A DNA stretch of 64,000 nt from Candidatus Caldarchaeum sp. GTDB taxonomy: Archaea > Thermoproteota > Nitrososphaeria_A > Caldarchaeales > Caldarchaeaceae. The position numbers and the translations under genes were made by a program. Where the stretch lies: assembly GCA_038844785.1 (NCBI GenBank), contig JAWBRA010000002.1:38213-102212 (forward strand). The letters run 5' to 3'. The notes beneath the pieces are model-generated. The model did no database searches. It was not told where the DNA came from and saw only the letters and a program-made list of their open reading frames with translations. This document shows, one piece after another, positions 11,025 through 21,094 of the stretch; within the stretch, counting starts at the first letter, position 1; the number at the start of each line of letters is the position of its first letter.

Positions 11025-11693
11025 ATGCAGATTCGTTTGGAAACTGTTTTAGGCTCGGCTGAGGTAGGTCTCTTCGCCCTCGCTACCGACAAATACCTGC
11101 TCATATCAAAGTTTGTAAATCCTTCGAAACGCAGGGTCTTTGAAGAGGTGTTGAACACTAAAGCCATACCAGTATCCTTGGCGGACAGCATTTTGCTGTC
11201 TCCTTTCGCAGCCGGCAACTCAAACGGCCTCATCCTCACAAGCCTAGCTCTTGACGAAGAGCTGGAAAAAATCCGTCAAAACATCCCCGACATCAACGTA
11301 GCCAAAATCGACTCAAAATATACTGCGATAGGCAATCTGGTCCTCTGCAACGATAAAGGCGCCCTTGTAAGCCCAATCCTCGGAAAAACCGCTGTAAAAA
11401 CAATAGGCGAAATTCTTGGGGTTGAAACCGCTTCAGCCACCATTGCGGGCAGGACATACCTCGGGTCTCTGGCGGTGGCTACCAACAGCGGCGCCTTAAT
11501 ACACATAGACGCAAACGAAGACGAGGTGAAAACCGTTAAAAACGTTTTAAAGGTTGACGTAGAGCTGGGAACGGTGAACGGAGGGGTGCGTTTCCCGAGA
11601 AGCAGCATAGTTGCCAACTCATGGGGTGTTGTGGCAGGAGCTAGGACCACAGGACCGGAGCTGATGACAATAACAAGGGTTTTCCAGAGGTGA
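11025..11693 (+). CDS. eif6: Translation initiation factor aIF-6
   Basis: GNSNG, GNLVLCNDKG, GTVNGG repeats; conserved context. Confidence 0.93.
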   Translation: MQIRLETVLGSAEVGLFALATDKYLLISKFVNPSKRRVFEEVLNTKAIPVSLADSILLSPFAAGNSNGLILTSLALDEELEKIRQNIPDINVAKIDSKYTAIGNLVLCNDKGALVSPILGKTAVKTIGEILGVETASATIAGRTYLGSLAVATNSGALIHIDANEDEVKTVKNVLKVDVELGTVNGGVRFPRSSIVANSWGVVAGARTTGPELMTITRVFQR

Positions 11694-11727
11694 CGTTATT
11701 AGGGGGCTCACCTCAGGGTCTTGAGGA

Positions 11728-12153
11728 ATGTCTGAAACAGAGATCGCCCAAGCGTTGGAAGAGCTTCAGGTGCTTGAAAGAGTCGTTGCAGACCTTCAAG
11801 CAAGGCTTCTGACTGTACAGCGCTCCATCGTAGAGCATGAAGAGGCTGTTAAACTGATTGAGGAGATCAAAAAAGGTGGGGGGAAGATGAGGATTTTGGT
11901 TCCTCTAGGCGCTGGCGCATACGCAGAGGCCAGTTTCGAGTCGTTAGAGAAGGTCACCATAAGCCTTGGTGCAGGAGTGTACGCAGTCAAAGCCTTGGAT
12001 GACACCCAGCAGCTTTTAACACGTAGAAGCCAGAGCCTTCAAGCTTTGTTCGACAGCCTTTCCAAAAGGGTTGGTGAGTATTCAGCAAGGGTTGAAGAGC
12101 TTAGACGCTTCCTCGGCAGAGCGCTCGCAGCCCAACGTCAGCAAGGTACCTAG
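11728..12153 (+). CDS. pfdA: Prefoldin alpha subunit
   Basis: LVPLGAG and SLGAGVY hairpins between coiled coils. Confidence 0.92.
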   Translation: MSETEIAQALEELQVLERVVADLQARLLTVQRSIVEHEEAVKLIEEIKKGGGKMRILVPLGAGAYAEASFESLEKVTISLGAGVYAVKALDDTQQLLTRRSQSLQALFDSLSKRVGEYSARVEELRRFLGRALAAQRQQGT

Positions 12154-12155
12154 AA

Positions 12156-13064
12156 ATGTTGAAAGGTGTTGCGAAGGTTTTTTCAAGCGTAGTGGATAGA
12201 ATCGTCTCTGCACGTCTACCAAGCGAAGAAGTTGAAAAAGCTTTGTCGGATTTCTACCTCCAGCTTGTTGCAGCAGACGTAGCTGTGGAGACAGCAGAGG
12301 CTATAGTCGAAGGGTTGCGGAAGAGCCTCAGCGAGGTTAAAGTCCCCCGCTTCTCAAACCAGAGAGAGATCATCATGCAGTATCTCAAGTCAACGGTAGA
12401 GTCTCTGGTAAAAACAGCCGATATGGAGGAGATCTTCCGCCGTGTTGAGGAAAAAAAGAAGATGGGAAAACCTGTTGTAATGCTTTTTGTAGGACCGAAC
12501 GGTTCTGGTAAAACGACGACTGTTGTGAAGGTTGCCAACTATTTGAGAAAAAGAGGTTACTCCGCAATACTTGCTTCATCCGATACTTTCAGGGCGGGGG
12601 CTATAGAGCAGCTGGAAACCTTGGGTGAGAGGGCTGGCTTTCTAGTTGTATCCCAGCAGTATGGTGCAGACCCCGCAGCCGTGGCTGTCGACGCCTTGAA
12701 CAAAGCCATCTCCCTTAAGGTGAATTTTGTCTTGATAGACACGGCTGGGAGAACCGAGGTTGACCGTGGGCTGCTTGAAGAGATGCGTAAGCTAAAACGT
12801 GTTGTGAAGCCTGACTTCGTGGTTTACACGGGAGATGCCTTGGCGGGAAACGCCGCCGTGAACCAGGCTAAAATGTTCGACGAAGTTGTTGGTGTAGACT
12901 ATGTAATTCTTTCAAAGCTTGACGCCGACGCAAAAGGCGGCTCAGCCATCTCAATATCCCACGCCACAGGCAAGCCTCTTCTCTTCGTGGGGGTTGGACA
13001 GTCTATTGACGACCTAGATGACAAACCGCGGACCAGGCTTCTTAAAAGCCTAGAGCTTGCTTAG
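12156..13064 (+). CDS. ftsY: SRP receptor FtsY
   Basis: GPNGSGKTTT, DTFRAGA, DTAGR, KLDADAKGG. Confidence 0.95.
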   Translation: MLKGVAKVFSSVVDRIVSARLPSEEVEKALSDFYLQLVAADVAVETAEAIVEGLRKSLSEVKVPRFSNQREIIMQYLKSTVESLVKTADMEEIFRRVEEKKKMGKPVVMLFVGPNGSGKTTTVVKVANYLRKRGYSAILASSDTFRAGAIEQLETLGERAGFLVVSQQYGADPAAVAVDALNKAISLKVNFVLIDTAGRTEVDRGLLEEMRKLKRVVKPDFVVYTGDALAGNAAVNQAKMFDEVVGVDYVILSKLDADAKGGSAISISHATGKPLLFVGVGQSIDDLDDKPRTRLLKSLELA

Positions 13065-13092
13065 AAAGCTGACATAGAGTTTATCTAAGACT

Positions 13093-13731
13093 TTGCAGTC
13101 CAGAAACTGGATGGAAACCCTTAGACAATTTTTTCTTGACAAAGAGCTCAAGGGCCCTTCGCCTGCCTTCACACCTATCCAACTATTGTACGTCATATTT
13201 TTGCTAGGCTCCTACACCGTGCTAGGGAGAAAAAGGCTCAAGAGTTATCTTGGAATCGGCGAGGGCTCGGTGAGAACGATGCTGGCGAGATTGATAGAGA
13301 AAGGGCTCGCCCTCTCCACCCAGAAGGGCTTGAGCCTAACTGACCAGGGTCGACAGCTATATGATTATCTAAGGAAATTTTTAACCCCTGTCACGACTGT
13401 GCCTTTCCAGATGCCGTGGCAGGCGGAGCATAACTACGGGTTGGTGGTTAAAGGTTTGGCTGAGAAAGTTTCAACAGGGGTTGAAGAAAGAGATGAAGCG
13501 ATACGTAACGGTGCGTCTGCAGCGATGATTCTGACCTACACGCTTGACGGGCTGCAAATGCCCCGGGTCGCCAACCTTACGGTTGAACAGCCTCGCTTCG
13601 CTCAGCAGGTCGTGGATTTCTTTAAGCCTTCGGTAAACGACGTAGTGATAATCGCAGGAGCCGATGAAGATGTGAAAGCCAGGTATGCTGCTTTAGCGGC
13701 TGCTGTAAAGCTTGTAGTCGGAAAAGCTTAA
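13093..13731 (+). CDS. Winged-HTH protein with C-terminal domain (DUF2111/DUF4443-like putative regulator)
   Basis: GRKRL...LGIGEGSVRT, GVEERDEAIRNGA. Confidence 0.7.
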   Translation: MQSRNWMETLRQFFLDKELKGPSPAFTPIQLLYVIFLLGSYTVLGRKRLKSYLGIGEGSVRTMLARLIEKGLALSTQKGLSLTDQGRQLYDYLRKFLTPVTTVPFQMPWQAEHNYGLVVKGLAEKVSTGVEERDEAIRNGASAAMILTYTLDGLQMPRVANLTVEQPRFAQQVVDFFKPSVNDVVIIAGADEDVKARYAALAAAVKLVVGKA

Positions 13732-13756
13732 AAAAAGAATAAAAACAGATACAGCC

Positions 13757-15031
13757 ATGTCGCGGACCTCCCGCATAGCCGGCTTCTACCAGCTAAGCCT
13801 GGAGGAGAGATTGAAGTATCTGGCCGATTTCGCTACGCTGACGGAGGACGAGACAGATATAATTAAGTCAGGTAGGCTGGACCTGTTTACAGCCAGCAGA
13901 ATGATAGAGAACGTCATCGGGATTTTTCCACTACCCTTGGGAATCGCCACTAACTTTCTGGTAAACGGTGTCGACTACCTTGTTCCTATGGCTGTGGAAG
14001 AGCCCTCTGTTGTTGCGGCGGCATCCAACGCGGCAAAAATGGCCAGAGAAGGCGGAGGGATATATTCTTTCCAAGCCCAGCAGCTGATGATCGGGCAGGT
14101 TCAGCTGGTCAACGTAGCAAACCCGTACGCAGCTAAGATGGAAATCCTCAGAAACAGAGATGAGATAATCGCTGCAGCCAACGAGAAGGACCCTGTCCTA
14201 GTTAAACTGGGCGGGGGAGCTAAAGACGTGGAGTCCAGAGTCGTCGAGACAGATATAGGCCCTATGGTGGTGGTTCACCTGATCGTGGATGTGAGAGACG
14301 CGATGGGGGCTAACGCCGTCAACACGATGTGTGAAGCGGTTGCACCAATGCTCGCGAGGCTGGCTGGCGGAAGCTTTAGGCTCAGGATTATTTCCAACCT
14401 AGCTGACAAACGGCTGGCTAGGGCATACGCCCGCATACCAGCTGAATCAGTCGGCGGCAAGGATGTTGCCCGCGGCATCGTTGAAGCCTACCACTTCGCG
14501 AAAGCAGACCCATACCGTGCAGCAACACACAACAAAGGCATAATGAACGGCATAGACGCCGTCGCTATCGCCACGGGAAATGACTGGAGAGCTTTGGAGG
14601 CTGGGGCACATGCCTACGCAGCACGCAACGGCAGGTATGAGCCGTTGACAGTATGGGAGCAGATGCCGGACGGCGACCTTATGGGAACTATAGAGCTTCC
14701 GCTGGCTGTGGGAATAGTGGGCGGTGCCACTAGAACAAATCCGGTGGCGAAAATCTGTCTAAAAATACTCGGCGTCAAAACAGCCCGTGAGCTGGCTGAG
14801 GTGATGGCGGCGGTTGGTCTTGTTCAAAACCTAGCAGCTTTAAGAGCCTTAGCTGCTGAGGGAATACAAGCAGGACACATGTCACTCCATGCGAAAAACA
14901 TCGCTGTAATGGCGGGGGCTGTGGGCGAGGAGATAGACCTTGTCGCCGAAGCCATGGTTAGAGAGAAAACAATCAGGGTTGACAGGGCTCAGGAAATTCT
15001 ATCGGAGATCAGGTCCCGCCGCCGCGGCTGA
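13757..15031 (+). CDS. mvaA: Hydroxymethylglutaryl-CoA reductase, class II (bacterial type)
   Basis: ENVIG, EEPSVVAA, DAMGAN, THNKGIMNG, GHMSLH. Confidence 0.93.
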   Translation: MSRTSRIAGFYQLSLEERLKYLADFATLTEDETDIIKSGRLDLFTASRMIENVIGIFPLPLGIATNFLVNGVDYLVPMAVEEPSVVAAASNAAKMAREGGGIYSFQAQQLMIGQVQLVNVANPYAAKMEILRNRDEIIAAANEKDPVLVKLGGGAKDVESRVVETDIGPMVVVHLIVDVRDAMGANAVNTMCEAVAPMLARLAGGSFRLRIISNLADKRLARAYARIPAESVGGKDVARGIVEAYHFAKADPYRAATHNKGIMNGIDAVAIATGNDWRALEAGAHAYAARNGRYEPLTVWEQMPDGDLMGTIELPLAVGIVGGATRTNPVAKICLKILGVKTARELAEVMAAVGLVQNLAALRALAAEGIQAGHMSLHAKNIAVMAGAVGEEIDLVAEAMVREKTIRVDRAQEILSEIRSRRRG

Positions 15032-15353
15032 GAGCCCTTCTCCACCCTTCAGCGTTGAACCTTTTCTCCATCCTCTCCATCTCTTTTCTCAACGCCTCCT
15101 CAAGGTCAACGCCAAACCTGTTCGCCAGCTGCAGCAGAAGAGTGAGCGACTGGGCGAACTCGCTGCCTACGTCTTCTCCGGGCGGTGAGTGGCCAAGGTT
15201 GTCTCGCTTGTATCCCTCTTTAGCCAGTATGAAACGGCCTATTTCCGTCAGCTCCTCAATAAGGTGTGCGTATATCAAAGATTCTCGGAAACTCTCCCAG
15301 CCCCTTGCCTTCTCAAACTCATCCACTATTTTTTGCAGTTCTTTAAGCCTCAA
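15009..15353 (-). CDS. MazG-like nucleotide pyrophosphohydrolase
   Basis: HLIEELTE...EFAQ...LANRFGVDLEEAL; TTG start after a GAGGTG SD-like site. Confidence 0.7.
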   Translation of the reverse strand: MRLKELQKIVDEFEKARGWESFRESLIYAHLIEELTEIGRFILAKEGYKRDNLGHSPPGEDVGSEFAQSLTLLLQLANRFGVDLEEALRKEMERMEKRFNAEGWRRALSRGGGT

Positions 15354-15363
15354 AGCGTTCACC

Positions 15364-15717
15364 TCAGAGATAAAGCTGTAGATGCGGAATTCCGTCGACG
15401 TAGATGACTGAATCCATTCGTGCAAAACCGTGTTTGATGGCTGTGAAGACAGCCTTCTCACCAAGCAGGTTTATTATCGTACCCATCTTGATATATTCAA
15501 CAACGTCCTTTTCAACCACAAGCACGCCTTTGTAAAATGATTCGGCTACTTCAACGGAGGCCCCCGAGGACAGCTTCAGCTTCCGGCCGATTAGCTCCTC
15601 ATCGCATACTGCGACGACTATCTCTCCGCTTCTCGAGTGATGCATCTTGACCCAGCATCTTTTAACACATTCGTTCCTATATTCTTCTGACAGGGTTCTT
15701 CGCCCCGCAAGCATCAC
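15364..15717 (-). CDS. DUF424 family protein
   Basis: VAVCDEELIG, FYKG, NLLG, GIPHLQ; true start probably downstream. Confidence 0.85.
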   Translation of the reverse strand: MMLAGRRTLSEEYRNECVKRCWVKMHHSRSGEIVVAVCDEELIGRKLKLSSGASVEVAESFYKGVLVVEKDVVEYIKMGTIINLLGEKAVFTAIKHGFARMDSVIYVDGIPHLQLYL

Positions 15718-16108
15718 ATACCAAGAACCTGAACCTTTTCTCGCTTACTATCCTTGTGTCTATGCCGTTGCAAACAGGACATCTTACAAACTCTTTTATG
15801 TAGAGGTCAATGAGCCTCCTAGTCTCCTCTACGTTCATTTTTCCCTGAATGAGCAGCTTGTCGTCTGAAATAGAGCCTGCCCGCCCGGTTTCCTTCAGTA
15901 GAAAACGTGCGAAATGTGCTGACTCTCGGTTTAAGGTTTTGGCTATCTGGCCAAGGTTGGTCAAAATCGTGTTTTTCGAATCGTGCACTAGGTTGGGCTT
16001 CAGCTCCAACATCCTGTCTCCAGCGGCGGAGTTTTGCCTAGATACTTTCAACATTACGTTGTCCAACAGCTTCATGTAAAACTCTTTGCTCGCTATGTCG
16101 AGGGTCAC
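15677..16108 (-). CDS. eif2b: Translation initiation factor aIF-2 beta
   Basis: FVRCPVC...DT...CDACGA zinc ribbon. Confidence 0.92.
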   Translation of the reverse strand: MTLDIASKEFYMKLLDNVMLKVSRQNSAAGDRMLELKPNLVHDSKNTILTNLGQIAKTLNRESAHFARFLLKETGRAGSISDDKLLIQGKMNVEETRRLIDLYIKEFVRCPVCNGIDTRIVSEKRFRFLVCDACGAKNPVRRI

Positions 16109-16191
16109 TCCAAAACAAGCATGTCCCAGCGCTATTTAAGAGGATATCATTGCCGTGGAGATGTTTAAAACAGAGCTTGATAACACAGTTC

Positions 16192-17511
16192 ATGAACGGT
16201 TTGGCAGCACCATTTGTTAAAGACGTTGGAATGGCTGAGCAGGGATTTAAGAAGATTGAGTTTGCCGAGGCCTCGATGCCTGTGCTGATCTTCTTAAGGA
16301 GAAAATATTCGACTGAAAAGCCTTTCGCCGGCCTTACCGTATCCGCATGTTTGCATGTTACGAAGGAGACCGCTGTTCTTGCGCGGACGTTGAGGGATGG
16401 AGGGGCTAAGGTGGTTTTATGCGCGTCGAACCCTCTAAGCACTCAGGATGAAGTGGCATCCGCTTTAGCTTCTGATGGTTTCAACGTCTATGCTTTCAGA
16501 GGGATGTCGGCACATCAATATTATGAGGCTATAGGTATGGCTCTCTCGCACCGTCCCGACATGACGGTCGACGACGGAGCAGACCTTGTTACTTCACTCC
16601 ATAAGATAGCCTTAGGCCTCAGAGACGAAACAGTTGACATTGTGAAAAAGACAGCCGGCGACATAGGCTACCATATAGACAGAGTGATAGGGGGGACAGA
16701 AGAGACAACAACGGGAGTCAACAGGCTTAGAGCGATGGAGGCTGAAGGAGTTCTCAAGTACCCCATAATTGCCGTCAACGACGCATTGTCCAAGAGCTTG
16801 TTCGACAACCCTTTGGGAACGGGCCAGTCGGCGCTGGACGGAGTGATTAGGGCGACCAACATCCTTTTCGCTGGGAAGAACGTGGTGGTCTGCGGATACG
16901 GCCGCGTCGGGTCCGGCATAGCTGAGAGAGCGCGTGGACTGGGTGCCAGAGTGACTGTTGTAGAGCCCGACCCTATAAAAGCCCTGCAGGCCTACATGGC
17001 TGGATATACGGTAACCTCGATGGATAAAGCGGCCGAGTATGGCGATGTATTCATAACATCTACCGGAAATATCGACGTCATTAGGGGCGAACACATGGTG
17101 AAGATGAAAGATGGAGCTATACTTGCCAACGCTGGACACATGGATGTCGAGATAAACAAACAAGACCTGAGAGAGTTGGCTGTTGCGGTCGATAAGGTGA
17201 AGGAAAACGTGGAAGTTTACAGGCTGAGGAACGGCAGGAAAATATACTTGCTCGCCGAAGGCAGGCTTGTAAACCTAGTCTGCGCAGAAGGGCATCCATC
17301 AGAGGTTATGGACCTGTCCTTCGCTCTACAGGCAGAGTCACTACGATACATAGTTGAAAACCACGAAAGGCTTGAGAGGAAAGTTTACAACGTTCCAACC
17401 GAGATAGACAGGATGGTGGCGCGCATAAAACTGGAGACGCTTGGCGTAACGCTGGAGACGTTCACAGCTAAACAGCGGGAATACATGACGTCATGGCAGG
17501 CAGGGACTTGA
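16192..17511 (+). CDS. ahcY: Adenosylhomocysteinase
   Basis: SNPLSTQD, EETTTG, GYGRVG, AEGHPSEVMD. Confidence 0.97.
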   Translation: MNGLAAPFVKDVGMAEQGFKKIEFAEASMPVLIFLRRKYSTEKPFAGLTVSACLHVTKETAVLARTLRDGGAKVVLCASNPLSTQDEVASALASDGFNVYAFRGMSAHQYYEAIGMALSHRPDMTVDDGADLVTSLHKIALGLRDETVDIVKKTAGDIGYHIDRVIGGTEETTTGVNRLRAMEAEGVLKYPIIAVNDALSKSLFDNPLGTGQSALDGVIRATNILFAGKNVVVCGYGRVGSGIAERARGLGARVTVVEPDPIKALQAYMAGYTVTSMDKAAEYGDVFITSTGNIDVIRGEHMVKMKDGAILANAGHMDVEINKQDLRELAVAVDKVKENVEVYRLRNGRKIYLLAEGRLVNLVCAEGHPSEVMDLSFALQAESLRYIVENHERLERKVYNVPTEIDRMVARIKLETLGVTLETFTAKQREYMTSWQAGT

Positions 17512-17948
17512 AGCAGGTCGGCCCCCGAATAGTTTTCATGAACGTCAAAGGCTCTACTGAGAAGATTGAAGTCAAACAAGTGGAGCTGCTTGACCAAAAG
17601 AGAGTTAGACATGTTTTTACGAACGGGCAGCGAACCCTTAAAAAGCTGATGAAGTATTTGGACAACTACGACATATTGGTCACATGGGGCGGTGGCGAGA
17701 GGGATGTGCCGCTGCTTACGGCGTGGGCTCTTCACGTAGGCGTCGACCCATCGCCGCTTCATACTCTAACGCATCTCGACCTAAAGCATTTCGTGAAGCA
17801 ATTCCTGTTGTTAAATGAGCCTGAGCTGGAGAAAACCGCAAAATTCCTAAGAATTAAGCCGAAGCCCGACAACCTAAGAACGTTGGAGGCGTTGTTTGAA
17901 AAGCTTAGACATCTCCTGAAAACTTTAAAGCCGGAGCTAGCTCTTTAG
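17493..17948 (+). CDS. RNase H-like (YprB/RNase_H_2-type) domain protein, divergent
   Basis: LVTWGG..DVPLL and HLDL resemble DnaQ-like exonuclease motifs. Confidence 0.5.
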   Translation: MAGRDLKQVGPRIVFMNVKGSTEKIEVKQVELLDQKRVRHVFTNGQRTLKKLMKYLDNYDILVTWGGGERDVPLLTAWALHVGVDPSPLHTLTHLDLKHFVKQFLLLNEPELEKTAKFLRIKPKPDNLRTLEALFEKLRHLLKTLKPELAL

Positions 17949-18466
17949 TACCATCTGTCTTTAAGCCGTAGAAAATAGGCTGCGGCATTAGTCGCCATAT
18001 GCATGAAAAAGGTTAATGCTAGGAGAGCCATAACCGTCAGGGCGTCGAGCCAACCGGGTAGGCCAACGGTGAAATGCACCAGAGCCAGCGCAGCGGCCAG
18101 AAACCCCAGCTGGTCGAGAAGCGGTGCAGGGCTTCCAGTACGCAGCCCAGCCCTCCGTTTGATGAAAGCCCCCGCTATATCGCCGAGCAAAGCACCCACG
18201 GCCAGCAGAAACGCTTCCGACACGCTTAGCAACCATGGAATAAAGTAACTTATCAAGAACCCTGCCACAAATCCTACGGCCGTTCCTGAGACAAACCCTT
18301 CAACTGTTTTGCCGTCGCCGAAAATCCTTCTCCCATCGAAGAATACATGCCCGCCGTCTATGGGGTGAAGTTTCTTCAACATTTTAGAGACAACAACGGG
18401 GGTGGCGTTAGACACGTATGCGGGAAATATATAGGCCAATCCCTGCAGGAACGTCTGTAAATCCAT
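17945..18466 (-). CDS. carS: CDP-archaeol synthase
   Basis: PAYVSNA, DGRRIFGDGKT, GD..FIKRR, LDQL. Confidence 0.92.
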   Translation of the reverse strand: MDLQTFLQGLAYIFPAYVSNATPVVVSKMLKKLHPIDGGHVFFDGRRIFGDGKTVEGFVSGTAVGFVAGFLISYFIPWLLSVSEAFLLAVGALLGDIAGAFIKRRAGLRTGSPAPLLDQLGFLAAALALVHFTVGLPGWLDALTVMALLALTFFMHMATNAAAYFLRLKDRWY

Positions 18467-18523
18467 TCACAATACTGGTAAGCCGCTTGAATATAGATGT
18501 GAAAAACATCATTTATAGCGGGC

Positions 18524-19972
18524 GTGGACAAACGTCTGTACAAGGTAATGGTCGAACTGAAGCTTTACAGCTACGGGCCGAAGACAACAGTAAGCCATGG
18601 AGGGTTTGACGTCGAAATAGGGCCGGACATCTTCATAGCGGTAGAAGGGGTTGGAACGTTTGAAGGCGTTTCCGTGGAGAGAAGGGTCTCCAAAATGCTG
18701 GCCGAGGGAAAAGACCTCTACAAAAGCGCTCGGAAGATACATAGAGATTCGACGAGACGCGGGCATGCATCAATAACAACGTCTCTTCAGATACAGATGG
18801 AGGTCAGAGACTGTAGCAGGGCTCTTTCACTCCTGCTTGTAGCACCTCCATTCGGCTCCTACCTCCAAGAATCCCAGCGAAGAGCTAAGGTGGACAGGAC
18901 CTCTTTCATAGATGTAAGGAATTTATCAGGAGATTTAAAGAAGTTTTTCGAAGAAACTGTCGACGAGCTTTTCGAAGGATACAGCACGCTTGTTGAACAA
19001 GGCGTTGGCATTGAGGACGCTCGCTACATCCTGCCCCTCTGCACCAAAACATCACTGTTCATAAGCACAAGCCTTGAAAACTACATCCCATTAATACAGC
19101 TTTCCAGAAGCAGCGAAGCAATTCAGTATGTTCCGTTTGAGGTATCGGAGTTCGCTGAAAAATTCGAGAAGATGATAAGAGAGATCTCGCCTGTTTTGCT
19201 GGATGCACGTCTGGGCTTCGGAAACCGTACAGCCACCTACCCATACCCAAACCCCTACAAGCCCGATGATGGCATCATGCAGTCCATAATCTCTAGAAAC
19301 GGATACCCCGAAGAACCAGTCTTGCTAGATGTATCATCGCTGATAAAAAACGGAGCCGTGCTCGAAGAGGTTTTGGCTGCCCAGCAGAAAGAGGTGTTTG
19401 ATACTGTGAACCCATTAGCCACCGCAACAGTTTTAGAGCCGATGTCGCTTGTAGCATACCATCAAGCAATACGGCACAGAACTGTACCAACAGCCGTTGA
19501 GTCAATCTACTCGCCGGCTGAAAGAGCTCTCAAAAACATCGAGGCAAACGTCATAGTCCCGCCTTCTGTGAAGAAAGATGAAAAATTAAGGTCTTTGTTT
19601 TACGGCTTAGCTTCTAAGGCTATACGAGCATACGGGGAGCTTTTGAAGAGTGGCTGTAGACCCTCGACCGCAATACTCATCATGCCCCAAGCCCTAAGGC
19701 TGTACGTCGTCAGATTATACAATGGTTTCAACCTGTTACATCCCACGGGATTCATCGCAACTAGGACTTGTAAATACGCTCAATGGGAAGAGAGAGGCAT
19801 AGCCTACAAAATTATGCATGACGTTGTCAAAGCCGCTCCAGCCCTTTCCACAGTCATGGGGGAGAAATGCCGCCATCTACGTTATTGTCCGGAGAAAGAA
19901 TGGTGCCCCATAATACTAAAGTACCACCAGTACTCGGACGAGTTGCACAAGAGGTACATGGAAAGTGGTTGA
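18524..19972 (+). CDS. thyX: FAD-dependent thymidylate synthase, tandem-domain form
   Basis: RGHAS, QESQR, EDARYILP in the first half; HQAIRHR and AQWE in the second half. Confidence 0.8.
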   Translation: MDKRLYKVMVELKLYSYGPKTTVSHGGFDVEIGPDIFIAVEGVGTFEGVSVERRVSKMLAEGKDLYKSARKIHRDSTRRGHASITTSLQIQMEVRDCSRALSLLLVAPPFGSYLQESQRRAKVDRTSFIDVRNLSGDLKKFFEETVDELFEGYSTLVEQGVGIEDARYILPLCTKTSLFISTSLENYIPLIQLSRSSEAIQYVPFEVSEFAEKFEKMIREISPVLLDARLGFGNRTATYPYPNPYKPDDGIMQSIISRNGYPEEPVLLDVSSLIKNGAVLEEVLAAQQKEVFDTVNPLATATVLEPMSLVAYHQAIRHRTVPTAVESIYSPAERALKNIEANVIVPPSVKKDEKLRSLFYGLASKAIRAYGELLKSGCRPSTAILIMPQALRLYVVRLYNGFNLLHPTGFIATRTCKYAQWEERGIAYKIMHDVVKAAPALSTVMGEKCRHLRYCPEKEWCPIILKYHQYSDELHKRYMESG

Positions 19973-20447
19973 ACATACTTCTGCGAAAAAGCTTAAAGTC
20001 ATCGAGGTCGGAGGCCCAAGCCTCAGCTTCGACTACGCCCACTTCCTACCGTCGTCACCAAAATGCGGCGTGCTCCACGGCCACACATCCATCGTCAACG
20101 TCAGGGTTTGGGGTGAAACGGTCGGCGACATGGTTTTCGAGTTCAGCGAGCTAAAGAGGGTTGTCAAAAGCGTGATAGATGCAATGGACCATAAGCTGAT
20201 AGTGGCCTCGCGCTATATCGTGGCTGATGAGAGGGGTTTTGCTAAAATAGTTTTTGACGGTGTTGGCGGAAGATACGAGCTTAAGCTGCCTAAAACCTCG
20301 GTCTACGTCATAGAGCACGACTCAACCGTGGAAAACATCTCTGAACATATCGCGGAAAAGCTGAAAAAGCTGATGCCGTCGAACATCGCAAAAATCTCCG
20401 TCCGTATGACAGAGGGGTTGGGTAAGTCAGCCACCGCCACAACATGA
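19965..20447 (+). CDS. queD: 6-carboxytetrahydropterin synthase
   Basis: AHFL, CGVLHGH, DHK, TVEN. Confidence 0.88.
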   Translation: MVEHTSAKKLKVIEVGGPSLSFDYAHFLPSSPKCGVLHGHTSIVNVRVWGETVGDMVFEFSELKRVVKSVIDAMDHKLIVASRYIVADERGFAKIVFDGVGGRYELKLPKTSVYVIEHDSTVENISEHIAEKLKKLMPSNIAKISVRMTEGLGKSATATT

Positions 20448-21094
20448 AAACAGTAGCGCTTTTGTCAGGTGGAATAGACTCAACCGTTATGGCCTGGAAA
20501 CTACGTATAGAAGGACACACGATAATTCCGCTAACTTTCTTAACATACCGTAGAAACCTGCGTGAGGTTGAGGCCGTAAAGAAAATAGCTTCGATGGTTT
20601 CACAGCATCCGTTAAAGATTGTTGACGTAGGTTTCTTGAGAGAAGTTGTGGACCTTCCCCAAAATGTTAAAGATAAAATCTTACATGCAGCAGGCGACCT
20701 TCCAACCATCCTCATACCCTACAGGAATATCATATTTTACTCCGTGGCAGCACACGTAGCCTGTCTGGAGGATGCAAGCCAGGTAGCTGGCGGACACACT
20801 CTCGAAGACGTTGGAAGAATCCCTGACGTTGGCCAGGGTTTCTTCAAAGAGCTGGAAAACCTTCTCCAAACATCAATGCCCTACTCAGACGTGCGGATTT
20901 TAACACCCTTAATAGGGCTTAGGAAAGTCGATGTTTTGAGGCTGGGCGTTGAGCTGGGCGCTCCGCTAAACATTACATGGAGCTGTTGGGGCGTGTTGGA
21001 GAGACATTGTGGAAAGTGTCCAGGCTGTCTGGCTAGAAGAGAGGCGTTTAAGCTGGCTGGAGTACCTGACGAAACAGACTACGCTGAGGTATAG
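20444..21094 (+). CDS. queC: 7-cyano-7-deazaguanine synthase
   Basis: SGGIDS, PYRN, TWSC...CGKCPGC. Confidence 0.93.
   Translation: MKTVALLSGGIDSTVMAWKLRIEGHTIIPLTFLTYRRNLREVEAVKKIASMVSQHPLKIVDVGFLREVVDLPQNVKDKILHAAGDLPTILIPYRNIIFYSVAAHVACLEDASQVAGGHTLEDVGRIPDVGQGFFKELENLLQTSMPYSDVRILTPLIGLRKVDVLRLGVELGAPLNITWSCWGVLERHCGKCPGCLARREAFKLAGVPDETDYAEV

Noticed and set aside
19965-21094. queD/queC as a dpd DNA-modification island
   Set aside because: No dpdA/tgt paralogue nearby; the housekeeping context fits archaeosine synthesis.
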